A DNA stretch of 64,000 nucleotides from an uncultured Thermodesulfobacteriota bacterium (GCA_964479535.1 CAYZMM010000017.1:15995-79994), one strand, 5' to 3'; numbered from the stretch's first letter, positions 26,417 through 37,318 are shown. Notes: generated by a model from the letters alone, not told the origin. Translations and numbers: made by a program.

Positions 26417-27590
26417 TGGGGATCCTTTTCCTCAGCCTCATCCCTATCTCGATATGATCCAGAAGGGGAGCGAAAAGGTTCATGAACAGAACCGCCAGTC
26501 CGACCCCCTCGGGAAACGCCGGGTTGAAGACCCGTATCAGAACGGTCAGGGCGCCGATCCCGAAGCCGAAGACCCACCTGGCTCCCTGCATGTGTGCGGC
26601 CGAAACCGGATCGGTGGCCATGTAGGCAAAGGCAAACATGCTCCCGCCGATGATCAGGTGATGGAACGGGTTCAGGGCGAGATAAGGCGACCCTCCCGCC
26701 GCCACCAGGTTCAGCAGCCCTCCGGTCAAGACCATACCGAGAATGCAACCGAAGATGATCCGGTAGCTGGCAATACCCAGCAGAATCAGAAAAGCGGCGC
26801 CCACAAAACTCAGAATGGCCGTCGTGCCCCCTATGCTGCCGGGGTAGAGACCGAACAGCAGATTTGCCGTGCTGTAGCCGGCATCGGAAAAGGCGGACAG
26901 GACGTCCCCGGAGGGCTGGGTCGCGGCGGCGATCGAAAGGGGCGTGGCGCCACTGACCGCATCCACCGAACCGGCTCCGCCGTCGCTCAGCACCGTCCAG
27001 ATCGCGTCACCGGAATTCTGAGCCGGATAGGCGAAGTAGAGAAAGGCCCTGGCGGTCAGGGCCGGATTCAGGAAATTCCTGCCCGTCCCGCCGAAGATCT
27101 CCTTCCCGATCACGATGCCGAAGGAGATGCCCATGGCCGCCTGCCAAAGGGGAATGGTGGGCGGCAGGGTGAGGGGCAGCAGGGCGCACGTCACCAGCAC
27201 GCCTTCGCTCATCTCGTGCTTTCGCACGGAAGCGAACAAGGTTTCCCAGGCAAAGCCGAAGACATAGACCACCACGACGATCGGAACCACCGCCTTCAAC
27301 CCGGTCCAGATCACCGGCCAGAACTCGGTTCCGAGGCCGGAAGCCAGATGGGACTGCAGGCCGACGTTGTATACGCCGAACGCGTAGTGGGGCATCAAGG
27401 CGACGATGACCAGCATCATGTATCTCTTCACATCGAGCTGGTCTCTCACGTTGGGGGCGACACGGCTGGCCCGCGCCGGCGAGAAGAAGACCGATTCGAT
27501 GGACTCGTAAAAGGGCCACAGCCTTTCGAGTCTACCGCCTTTTTCGAAATGTCTTCGCGTGGATTCGAAGAATTTCTCAATCGGATTCAT
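26409..27590 (-). CDS. nqrB: Na+-NQR subunit B
   Basis: RnfD/NqrB-type protein with the FMN attachment site DAVSGATPLS. Confidence 0.95.
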   Translation of the reverse strand: MNPIEKFFESTRRHFEKGGRLERLWPFYESIESVFFSPARASRVAPNVRDQLDVKRYMMLVIVALMPHYAFGVYNVGLQSHLASGLGTEFWPVIWTGLKAVVPIVVVVYVFGFAWETLFASVRKHEMSEGVLVTCALLPLTLPPTIPLWQAAMGISFGIVIGKEIFGGTGRNFLNPALTARAFLYFAYPAQNSGDAIWTVLSDGGAGSVDAVSGATPLSIAAATQPSGDVLSAFSDAGYSTANLLFGLYPGSIGGTTAILSFVGAAFLILLGIASYRIIFGCILGMVLTGGLLNLVAAGGSPYLALNPFHHLIIGGSMFAFAYMATDPVSAAHMQGARWVFGFGIGALTVLIRVFNPAFPEGVGLAVLFMNLFAPLLDHIEIGMRLRKRIPNV

Positions 27591-28944
27591 CGGCGTGCCT
27601 GCTCTTTTCGTTGTAGAAGTCCGCTTTCGCCTGCTTCAATGTTTCGAAGAGTTCGATCTTGGATGGACAAACGTAGGAGCACAGAGCGCATTCGACACAG
27701 TCCAGCAAGCCGTGTTCGAGGGATTCCTCGACTTCTCCCGCCAGGACGGCCTTGTAGGTGAACTGGGGGAGAATGTCGACCGGACAAACCAGGGCACAGT
27801 AACCGCAGGCGATGCAGGCTCGTTCACCTCCGTTCATGCTGCAGTTCATTTCGAGTTCTTCGGGGTTGAGCGCCGACAGAAACGCCCTGGAATAGGTTGG
27901 TTTGCGATAGCCGGGATGGAACAGCCCCAGCAACTCGCCCTTCCGGTCACCCTCGGGCAGCAGATTGAGGGCTGTCTCCGCGAATCCGAGATGCGACGGC
28001 TCCCCGGTACCGGAACCGGTCAAGATGCCGCCCTGGATGTACCGCCAGCTTTCGTTCCCGTCCCGTTCGGCCGCCATGACGGAAAGGGGCGCTCCCATTC
28101 GGGTGGCCCTGTGCGCGGGTTGACGCACTCCGGACCCTCCCACGGACACGATGCGTTCGGTGGGATAGAGGCCCCTTTGCAGGAGACGGGCCATCATCAC
28201 CACGTCCTGCCCGTCCACATACCACGAACGGTTCTCCTCGGGTGACGACTTCATTCGGTACAGAAGAGCGCCCGGGTCGTGAGCCGGGTAGTTGCCCGTG
28301 TAGGTCAGATTGATCAGGCTCTCGAGCGATGACGCCCATTCCGTATCGGCGCTGTGTCTGCAGACATACACGCGGCCTTCGGCCAGTTTGCTCAAAACCC
28401 TCAAGCCGAACTGGAAGAGCCCCTCGTTGTCGTGAAGATAGACCTGCGGCGCCGGGTGAAAGGGCTCGAGGCTTCCGAGGGAGACGAACAAGGCCGGCGG
28501 AACGAAGTCCTCTCGGGGGTAATCCCTGAAGGGCAACTCCCTGATCAATGGCCAGAGGCCCCCGGCGACAAGGGCTTGAACGACTTGCTCCCGACTCATT
28601 CCGTCGACGTCTGCCTGGCTGTACCGCTCGAACTCCACCGATTCTTCGGTCTCATCCAGGTCGACGACGATTTCTTGAATCACCCGCCGCGGTCCGTATC
28701 GGATTTCCGCCACCCGCCCGCCGCCCGGCGACAGGAATCGAATGTCCGTGTTGCGCTTGTCTTCGAACAGAGGGGACCCGAGTGCGACACGATCACCCTT
28801 TGCGACCTTCAACCGGGGCTTCACAAAGGGGATACGCTCCGGCAGCACCGCCAACCGGCTCGGTGGCTCGGCCTCCTGCAGTGCAGCGGACGGCGATCCG
28901 ACAACCTTTAGATGGTAGCCTTTCTTGACGCGGACCGTCTTCAT
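27577..28944 (-). CDS. nqrA: Na+-NQR subunit A carrying two intact 4Fe-4S ferredoxin-type motifs
   Basis: The MKTVRVKKGYHLKVVGSPS start resembles the NqrA N-terminus, and the body is NqrA-like. The C-terminus has CIACGYCALVCP and CVECALCSYVCP. The tracked ORF extends to a GTG at 29061. Confidence 0.9.
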   Translation of the reverse strand: MKTVRVKKGYHLKVVGSPSAALQEAEPPSRLAVLPERIPFVKPRLKVAKGDRVALGSPLFEDKRNTDIRFLSPGGGRVAEIRYGPRRVIQEIVVDLDETEESVEFERYSQADVDGMSREQVVQALVAGGLWPLIRELPFRDYPREDFVPPALFVSLGSLEPFHPAPQVYLHDNEGLFQFGLRVLSKLAEGRVYVCRHSADTEWASSLESLINLTYTGNYPAHDPGALLYRMKSSPEENRSWYVDGQDVVMMARLLQRGLYPTERIVSVGGSGVRQPAHRATRMGAPLSVMAAERDGNESWRYIQGGILTGSGTGEPSHLGFAETALNLLPEGDRKGELLGLFHPGYRKPTYSRAFLSALNPEELEMNCSMNGGERACIACGYCALVCPVDILPQFTYKAVLAGEVEESLEHGLLDCVECALCSYVCPSKIELFETLKQAKADFYNEKSRHADESD

Positions 28945-29057
28945 CCAGGTCTTTCTAGAAGGGGAATTCCCGCCATGTTCTGGTCGGTTTGAGAACTCTG
29001 TTTCCGGTGGCTTCAGGTTAGGTGATGAAGGAAATCGTGTCAACCGGACCTCGTCGC

Positions 29058-30446
<1,389 letters not shown>

Positions 30447-30450
30447 GGGG

Positions 30451-30732
30451 TCAATCCTTTCGCTTGAACATTCCCAGCATTCGGTGGGTGACGAGGAAGC
30501 CCCCGACCACGTTGATCGTCGCGAACAGCACGGCAAGAAAACCGAGAATCGTCGTGAGTGTGGTCTGCTGGCTGCCGGCGGACAGGATCGCTCCGATCAG
30601 GGTGATGCCGGAGATCGCATTCGATCCGGACATCAGAGGTGTGTGAAGGGTGGGCGGCACCTTGGTGATCACCTCGACGCCCACGAAGAGGGCCAGCACG
30701 AAGATCGTGAGTACGCCCGTGAAGACTTCCAT
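30451..30732 (-). CDS. pntAB: NAD(P) transhydrogenase subunit alpha part 2
   Basis: 93-aa, three-TM protein (HTPLMSGSNAISGI). Confidence 0.9.
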   Translation of the reverse strand: MEVFTGVLTIFVLALFVGVEVITKVPPTLHTPLMSGSNAISGITLIGAILSAGSQQTTLTTILGFLAVLFATINVVGGFLVTHRMLGMFKRKD

Positions 30733-30771
30733 AGAAAAACTCCATTCCCGTATGCCACGTCAGGATAAGAG

Positions 30772-30791
30772 ATTCCCGCCTGTGCGGGAAT
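30772..30791. repeat. REP-like palindrome ATTCCCGC-CTGT-GCGGGAAT
   Basis: Perfect 8-bp stem in the pntAA-pntAB spacer. A related copy is at 37072-37089. Confidence 0.4.
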
Positions 30792-30801
30792 GACAAGACG
30801 A

Positions 30802-31953
30802 TCAAAGAGAGAGGATTTCCCGGATGCGGTCGTTCGCCACATCGCCGTCCCGGGTGAAGAGGGTCTCCCGCACCACCTCATCCTCCATGTTCAGATTCAG
30901 CTCGCCCTCTTTCACGAGCAGGAGCAGGAGGTTCGCCACGTTCTTCGCGTACATCTGACTCGCGTGATACGGAATCGTGGCAGGCAGATTGACCGGACCG
31001 AGGATCGTCACACCCTCTTCCACCACGGTCTCCCCCGGCTTCGTGACCTCGCAGTTCCCTCCACGCTCCGCCGCCAGATCCACGATCACCGATCCGCGCG
31101 GCATGGCCTGCACCATCTCCCGGCTGATCAGTGTGGGGGCCTTCTTGCCCGGCACGGCCGCCGTGGTGACCACCACATCGGTCTCGGAGAGTACGCGGGT
31201 CATCATCTCCCGCTGCTTCTTGTAGAACTCCTCCCCCATCTCCCTTGCATAGCCCCCGCTGCCTTCGGACTCCCCCGTCTCCAGCTCCAACTCGACGAAC
31301 TTGGCGCCCAGGCTCTCCACCTGCTCTTTGACCACGGGCCGCACATCGTAGCCCGAGACCACGGCCCCCAGCCGCCGGGCCGTGGCGATCGCCTGGAGAC
31401 CCGCAACGCCGGCACCGACCACGAACACCTTGGCCGGCACGATCGTCCCGGCTGCGGTCATCATCATGGGGAACATCTTCGGGAGCGTGCGTGCGGCCAT
31501 CAGGACCGCCTGGTAGCCGGCCACGGTGGCCATGGAGGAGAGGGCGTCCATGCTCTGGGCCCGGGTGATCCGCGGGACCAGCTCCATGGCAAAGGAGGTC
31601 ACCCGTCGGTCCTGCAGCTCCCGGACCGCGTCGGGCGCGGAATAGGGTTCCAGAAACCCGATCAGGGCCTGTCCGGCCCGCATGCGCTTCAAGTCATCGA
31701 TTCCGGCGTCCGGATTGGCGCCTCCTGCCCTGACCTGGAGTACGACGTCCGCCTTCTCGAAGACCTCTTCGCGGGTCGATGCGAGGCGGGCCCGCTTCTC
31801 CTGGTAAGCGGCATCCGGAAAGCCTGCCGCGGCGCCCGCCCCCGCCTCCACCAGCACCTCGATGCCGGCCTTTTCCAGGGCAGGAAGGCCGGCTGGGATC
31901 TGGGCCACCCTCGTCTCGCCGGGGAAGGTCTCCTTCGGAACGCCAGCGATCAT
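30802..31953 (-). CDS. pntAA: NAD(P) transhydrogenase subunit alpha part 1
   Basis: MIAGVPKETFPGETRVA, the alanine-dehydrogenase/PNT fold, and VFVVGAGVAGLQA. RBS AAGGAGA. Confidence 0.95.
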   Translation of the reverse strand: MIAGVPKETFPGETRVAQIPAGLPALEKAGIEVLVEAGAGAAAGFPDAAYQEKRARLASTREEVFEKADVVLQVRAGGANPDAGIDDLKRMRAGQALIGFLEPYSAPDAVRELQDRRVTSFAMELVPRITRAQSMDALSSMATVAGYQAVLMAARTLPKMFPMMMTAAGTIVPAKVFVVGAGVAGLQAIATARRLGAVVSGYDVRPVVKEQVESLGAKFVELELETGESEGSGGYAREMGEEFYKKQREMMTRVLSETDVVVTTAAVPGKKAPTLISREMVQAMPRGSVIVDLAAERGGNCEVTKPGETVVEEGVTILGPVNLPATIPYHASQMYAKNVANLLLLLVKEGELNLNMEDEVVRETLFTRDGDVANDRIREILSL

Positions 31954-32061
31954 CGTCGGATCTCCTTGGTGATCCTTTCCATAGCATTTTCCCCGGGTTT
32001 TGCAAAACGTTCTTTTCGTGGATAGATGCACACGCCGGCTGAAAAGAGTCCCGAGAACCAG

Positions 32062-32101
32062 GGGGGTGCCCCCGGAGCAACCTCCGACCGCCCTTCGGGC
32101 G
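32062..32101 (-). terminator. Possible terminator hairpins after carB
   Basis: CGCCC-TTCG-GGCG (32089-32101) and GGGGG-TG-CCCCC (32062-32073) lie just 3' of the carB stop. The T-tract is weak. Confidence 0.3.
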
Positions 32102-32103
32102 TC

Positions 32104-35100
32104 TCAGCGAATCTCGCCGTGATAGGCCTGCAGGGACTTCACCTCGCCCTGCCCCTTCCGGTAGGCCGCGATCCCGCGGGCGGTGGCCAGGGCCGCGGCC
32201 ACGGTCGTAATGTATGGAACCTTGTACTTGATGGCCGCCTTGCGGATGTAGGAATCGTCTTCCTTGCTCAACTTGCCGCTGGGCGTGTTGACGACCAGAT
32301 GGATCTCCTTGTTCATGATTCCGTCGACGATGTTGGGCCTGCCCTCGCTCAACTTCTTGATCGGTTCCGACTCGATACCGTTCTCCGCCAGGAACGCGTG
32401 GGTGCCCTCGGTGGCCTTGATCAGGAACCCGAGTTCCGCGAACTCCCGGGCCACCGGCATCAAGCCGGACCTCTCGTTCGCCGCAACACTGATCAGGACC
32501 GTCCCCTCGGTGGGAAGTTGCTGCAGGGTGGCCTTCTGTGCCTTGAAGAAGGCGAGGCCGAAGGAGTCCGCCATGCCCAGGACCTCTCCGGTGGACCGCA
32601 TCTCCGGGCCGAGCAGGGGATCCACCTCGGGAAGCATGTTGAAGGGGAAGACCGCCTCCTTGACCCCGAAGTAGGGGATGTCCCGCTGTTGCAGATCATG
32701 GTCCGAGAGCTTCCCGCCCAGCATGAGCTCTGTGGCGATACGGGCCATGGACACGTTGCAGACCTTGGACACAAGCGGAACGGTCCGGGAGGCACGGGGG
32801 TTCGCCTCCAGGATGTGGACCACATCGTTCGCGATGGCGTACTGGATGTTCATCAGGCCGACCACATTCAGCTCCAGGGCGATCTTCTTCGTGTATTCGA
32901 CGATCGTGTCGAGGTGCTTCTGGTGGATGTTGACCGTAGGGATCACGCAGGCGGAGTCGCCGGAGTGGACCCCGGCCAGCTCGATGTGTTCCATCACGGC
33001 GGGCACGAAAGCATCCTTTCCATCGGAGATGGCGTCCGCCTCCGCCTCGATGGCATTCTCCAGGAACTTGTCGATGAGGATCGGGCGCTCCGGAGACACA
33101 TCGACGGCAGCAGCCACATAACGCTCCAGCATCTCCTCGTCGTGGACCACCTCCATGCCTCGCCCTCCCAGCACGTAGGAGGGGCGGACCATCAGCGGAT
33201 AGCCGATACGTCCCGCAATCTCGAGCGCCTCTTCCAGGGTGCTCGCCATCCCGGAATCGGCCTGGGGAATGCCGAGCTTCTGCATGACCCGGCGGAACCG
33301 GTCACGATCCTCGGCCAGGTCGATCGTCTCCGGAGACGTCCCGAGGATCTTCACCCCGGCCTCCTCCAGCTGCCGGGCGATGTTGAGGGGCGTCTGCCCG
33401 CCGAACTGCACGATGGCGCCCAGGGGCTTCTCCTTCTCGTAGATGCTGAGCACATCCTCCACGGTGAGGGGCTCGAAGTAGAGCTTGTCCGAGGTGTCGT
33501 AATCGGTGGACACTGTTTCCGGATTGCAGTTCACCATGATCGACTCGTATCCGAGGTCACGGATCGCAAAGGCGACGTGTACGCAACAATAGTCGAACTC
33601 GATTCCCTGCCCGATCCGGTTCGGCCCGCCTCCCAGGATCATGATCTTCTCCCGGTCGCTCACCTCCACCTTGTCCGGGGCGTTGTAGGTGGAGTAGTAG
33701 TAGGCCGCGTTCTCCACACCGCTCACCGGCACGGGCTCCCACGCCTCGACCACGTTGAGGGACGTGCGCTGCGCCCGGACCTCCCGCTCCTCCACACCGA
33801 GGAGTTGCGAAAGATAACGGTCCGAAAACCCGTCCTTCTTTGCAGCCGTCAACAGCTTGTCCGGAAGGCCCTTGCCCTTGTACCGGAGGATCTCTTCCTC
33901 GATCGTCACGAGATCCTTCATCTGCTCGATGAACCACGGCTTGATGTACGTCTTCGCATACAGGTCGTCCACCCGCGCGCCTTTCCGCAGGGCCTCGTAG
34001 AGGATGAACTGCCGCTCGCTCGTGGGCTCGTTCAGCATGCCCATCAGCTCTTCCAGCGATCTCTCGTTGAAATCCTTTGCAAAGCCGAGGCCGTAGCGCC
34101 CCTTCTCCAGAGAGCGAATCGACTTCTGGAAGGCCTCCTTGTAGTTCTTGCCGATGCTCATCACCTCGCCCACGGCGCGCATCTGGGTTCCGAGCTGGTC
34201 CACTGCGTTCGGGAACTTCTCGAAGGCCCACCGGGCGAACTTCACCACCACGTACTCCCCCCAGGGGGTGTACTTCTCCAGGGTGCCCTCCCGCCAGTAG
34301 GGGATCTCGTCCATGGTCAGCCCGCCCGCAAGCAGGGAAGAGACGAAGGCGATGGGAAACCCGGTCGCCTTGGATGCAAGGGCCGAGGATCGGGATGTCC
34401 GGGGGTTGATCTCGATCACCACGACCCTGCCGGTTTTCGGGTCGTGGGCGAACTGGATGTTCGTGCCCCCGATCACCTGGATCGCCTCGACGATGTCGTA
34501 CGAGTACTTCTGGAGCCGGGCCTGCAGCTCCGGATCGATGGTCAGCATGGGCGCGGTGCAGTAGGAGTCGCCCGTGTGCACGCCCATGGCATCCACGTTC
34601 TCGATGAAGCAGACGGTGATCATCTGGTTCTTGGCGTCACGGACCACTTCGAGCTCGAGTTCCTCCCACCCGAGGACCGATTCCTCGACCAGGACCTGAC
34701 CCACCAGGCTGATGGACAGGCCGCGGCCGGCCACCACCTTCAGCTCCTCCTCGTTGTAGACCAGGCCTCCACCGGTACCGCCCATGGTGTAGGCCGGCCG
34801 CAGCACCACCGGATAGCCGAGATCGGAGGCGATCTTCAGGGCCTCCTCCACGCTCCGGGAGATCCTGCTCTTCGGCATCTCGATGCCGAGGCGATTCATC
34901 GTGTCCTTGAAGGCCTGCCGGTCCTCGCCCCGCTCGATCGCGTCCGCCTGGACCCCGATGATCTGTACGCCGTACTTCTCGAGCACCCCCCTCCGGCAGA
35001 GCTCGGAAGAGAGGTTCAGTCCGGACTGCCCGCCCAGGTTCGGCAGAAGCGCGTCCGGCCTCTCCTTGGCGACGATCTCTTCCATGGCGTCCACGGTCAG

Positions 35101-35304
35101 GGGCTCGATGTAGGTCGCGTCCGCCATGCCCGGGTCGGTCATGATCGTGGCCGGGTTGGAGTTGACCAGGACGATCTCGTAGCCCAGCTTTCGAAGGGCC
35201 TTGCACGCCTGTGTGCCGGAGTAGTCGAACTCGCACGCCTGGCCGATCACGATCGGACCGGAACTGATGATCATCACCTTCTTGATGTCGTCACGTCGTG
35301 GCAT
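32104..35304 (-). CDS. carB: Carbamoyl-phosphate synthase large subunit
   Basis: 1066 aa with duplicated ATP-grasp halves. Canonical N-terminus (IISSGPIVIGQACEFDYSGTQA). Confidence 0.97.
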   Translation of the reverse strand: MPRRDDIKKVMIISSGPIVIGQACEFDYSGTQACKALRKLGYEIVLVNSNPATIMTDPGMADATYIEPLTVDAMEEIVAKERPDALLPNLGGQSGLNLSSELCRRGVLEKYGVQIIGVQADAIERGEDRQAFKDTMNRLGIEMPKSRISRSVEEALKIASDLGYPVVLRPAYTMGGTGGGLVYNEEELKVVAGRGLSISLVGQVLVEESVLGWEELELEVVRDAKNQMITVCFIENVDAMGVHTGDSYCTAPMLTIDPELQARLQKYSYDIVEAIQVIGGTNIQFAHDPKTGRVVVIEINPRTSRSSALASKATGFPIAFVSSLLAGGLTMDEIPYWREGTLEKYTPWGEYVVVKFARWAFEKFPNAVDQLGTQMRAVGEVMSIGKNYKEAFQKSIRSLEKGRYGLGFAKDFNERSLEELMGMLNEPTSERQFILYEALRKGARVDDLYAKTYIKPWFIEQMKDLVTIEEEILRYKGKGLPDKLLTAAKKDGFSDRYLSQLLGVEEREVRAQRTSLNVVEAWEPVPVSGVENAAYYYSTYNAPDKVEVSDREKIMILGGGPNRIGQGIEFDYCCVHVAFAIRDLGYESIMVNCNPETVSTDYDTSDKLYFEPLTVEDVLSIYEKEKPLGAIVQFGGQTPLNIARQLEEAGVKILGTSPETIDLAEDRDRFRRVMQKLGIPQADSGMASTLEEALEIAGRIGYPLMVRPSYVLGGRGMEVVHDEEMLERYVAAAVDVSPERPILIDKFLENAIEAEADAISDGKDAFVPAVMEHIELAGVHSGDSACVIPTVNIHQKHLDTIVEYTKKIALELNVVGLMNIQYAIANDVVHILEANPRASRTVPLVSKVCNVSMARIATELMLGGKLSDHDLQQRDIPYFGVKEAVFPFNMLPEVDPLLGPEMRSTGEVLGMADSFGLAFFKAQKATLQQLPTEGTVLISVAANERSGLMPVAREFAELGFLIKATEGTHAFLAENGIESEPIKKLSEGRPNIVDGIMNKEIHLVVNTPSGKLSKEDDSYIRKAAIKYKVPYITTVAAALATARGIAAYRKGQGEVKSLQAYHGEIR

Positions 35305-35369
35305 ACAACCTTCTCCTTCCGTCTGGGCTGGGCGGCTCGGTCTCGGGCAGAAGACCGCTCCCGTGCTTC

Positions 35370-36305
35370 CTAAATGTACTCAATCGTCGCGGGGGGTTTC
35401 GGAGTCAGGTCGTACAGCACGCGGGAGACCTCCTCGATTTCGCCTGCGATTCGCTTCTGGAGCTTCCGAAGCACGTCCCACTGCAGGTGGACCGGCTCCG
35501 CCGTCATCGCATCTTCGCTCTCCACGCACCGGACCACGATGATGTGCCCGAACTCACGAGAGCCGTCCGCCTTCATTCCCGTAGCCCGATCCTTCAGCAG
35601 AACGGCGAAGCACTGGAAGGCGGTGATCCCCTCGGTCTCCTCCTCCACGATCCGGACCGCCTTCCGGACGATCTCGATCCTCTCCGGGTTCGCCTCGCCC
35701 AGGCACCGCGTCGCCAGCCCGGGTCCGGGAAAGGGCATCCGCTGCGCAACCGAATCCGGCAGGCCGAGTTCGGCCGCCACCTGCCTCACACCCGGCTTGA
35801 ACAGGTCGATCAAGGGCTCGATCACCCGGAAGCCGAAGCCGGATTGCGGGTCGATGCCGATCTGCTCCAGGATGTTGTGCTGGGTCTTCACCCCCTTCGT
35901 CGTCTCGATGATGTCCGGCTTGATGGTCCCCTGAAGCAGAAAGGACGCGCCGCTCTCCTTCACGATCTCACCGAAACAGGTGTAGAAGGTGTCCCGAAAG
36001 GCCTTCCGCTTCTCCTCCGGGTCCTCGATCCCTTTCAGGGCGGAGAAGAACCGGTCCTTCAGGTCGATGACCTTCACCCGGATTCCCAGGGGCTCGAAGG
36101 TGGCCGCCACGGTCTCCGGCTCCTCTTCCCGCATCAGACCGTCATCCAGAAACACCGTCTCCAGCTGATCGCCGATCGCCTTGTGCCCCAGGGCGGTCAC
36201 CACGGAGCTGTCCACGCCTCCCGAAAGCGCATTGATCGCCTTGCCGGAGCCCACGGTTTCCCGAATCATGGCCACCTTGTCGTAAACGAACTGTTTCACG
36301 TCCAT
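35370..36305 (-). CDS. Stand-alone GMP synthase-type ATP pyrophosphatase (GuaA C-terminal / subunit B-like)
   Basis: PP-loop ALSGGVDSSV and the dimerisation end KPPATIEYI. No glutamine amidotransferase domain. Start at MDVKQF with RBS AGGAAAGGA. Confidence 0.8.
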   Translation of the reverse strand: MDVKQFVYDKVAMIRETVGSGKAINALSGGVDSSVVTALGHKAIGDQLETVFLDDGLMREEEPETVAATFEPLGIRVKVIDLKDRFFSALKGIEDPEEKRKAFRDTFYTCFGEIVKESGASFLLQGTIKPDIIETTKGVKTQHNILEQIGIDPQSGFGFRVIEPLIDLFKPGVRQVAAELGLPDSVAQRMPFPGPGLATRCLGEANPERIEIVRKAVRIVEEETEGITAFQCFAVLLKDRATGMKADGSREFGHIIVVRCVESEDAMTAEPVHLQWDVLRKLQKRIAGEIEEVSRVLYDLTPKPPATIEYI

Positions 36306-36410
36306 TTCTCTGTCCTTTCCTGAGGTCGGGAATTGACTGGGGAAGGGCCTGGATCGGATTGCCGGGGACTTTAGCAAACCTGCATCCCCTCTTCAATATG
36401 TTTCGACATG

Positions 36411-36905
36411 CTAAATCGTTCCGCAGGCAGGATGAATCGGCCTTTGCTGCATGGAATCGAGATGTTGATCCTCGAACCCTGATTTCTCATAACATGGTTT
36501 ATAATTTAGACATTCGACGGCCATGTGAATATCCATGACCTCCCCGTCCCAGAGGCTGTCGACCGCCGGGGGGCTGATCTCGAGCCCCGCTCTTCGGTTC
36601 GCCTGTTTCAAGGTTTCGCCCGCCGTGCCGTTGATCGGCACGCGGGGAGGCGAAACCGGCAGCACGCTGCCGTCCGGACGGTGGAAGACGAGACCCTGCG
36701 GAACACGCCCGCTTACCCGGAAGCCGCCTTCGTGCACGGCCCAGTGGTGCCTCCTGCAGACCAGGACGAGGTTCTCGGGATTCGTTTCGCCCCCCCGGGC
36801 CCAGTGTTCGATGTGGTGGGCCCGTAGGTGCCGCGTCTTCGAGCAACCCGGGAACCGGCAGGTCCGGTCCCGGCTCACGAGTGCGCGCCAGAGAGGGGTG
36901 GAAAC
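36411..36905 (-). pseudogene. N-terminally truncated HNH endonuclease (DUF222-type) relic
   Basis: PLWRALVSRDRTCRFPGC...HHIEHWARGGETNPENLVLVCRRHHWAVHEGG is the HNH core. An in-frame stop lies just upstream, and the usual ~250-aa N-terminal region is absent. Confidence 0.65.
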
Positions 36906-37071
36906 CTACCTGGCGTTGCGGAGTAGCCCCCCACCCACAATCCCGCGGAATCGAGGAAGCGGGCACCCGCAGCGGAGGTTTGGGGAGTTCCTGCCTCTGC
37001 GGCAAAGACGGAGGTCCGAGACCATTCTGCGGGATTGCCGGACCGGCACACGCAACGCCTGCGCTGAGGGA

Positions 37072-37089
37072 TTCCCGCGTCCGCGGGAA
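37072..37089. repeat. REP-like palindrome TTCCCGCG-TC-CGCGGGAA
   Basis: Same GGGAAT/ATTCCCGC family as 30772-30791. Embedded in a GC-rich non-coding stretch (36906-37110) with further short palindromes. Confidence 0.35.
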
Positions 37090-37230
37090 GGACGGAAGGG
37101 CTGAGGGCATCCATGGCTGCGTCGAGGGAAACTTGTAAAGAAGATACTAGTAATATCCCCGGCTGCTCTTGGGCAGAGCCGTTCGCACTCGTATACTCGC
37201 CTGAACAGGAAGTCAAACAACAAATTCTTC

Positions 37231-37259
37231 TTGACAGACACGCACGACCGGTCTTAAAT
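37231..37259 (+). promoter_or_regulatory. Sigma-70-like promoter TTGACA-N17-TTAAAT
   Basis: Perfect -35 element, 17-nt spacer, 4/6 match at -10. Lies in an AT-rich patch ~60 nt upstream of the ATG at 37319. Confidence 0.45.
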
Positions 37260-37318
37260 TCTGCCTTGAAGAACACATTAATACCAATTTTAACTCATTC
37301 CAACAGGAGGGAACCCAC

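Noticed and set aside
32026-35373. 1115-aa plus-strand ORF
   Set aside because: It is exactly antisense to carB, whose identity is unambiguous. It has no recognisable domains.
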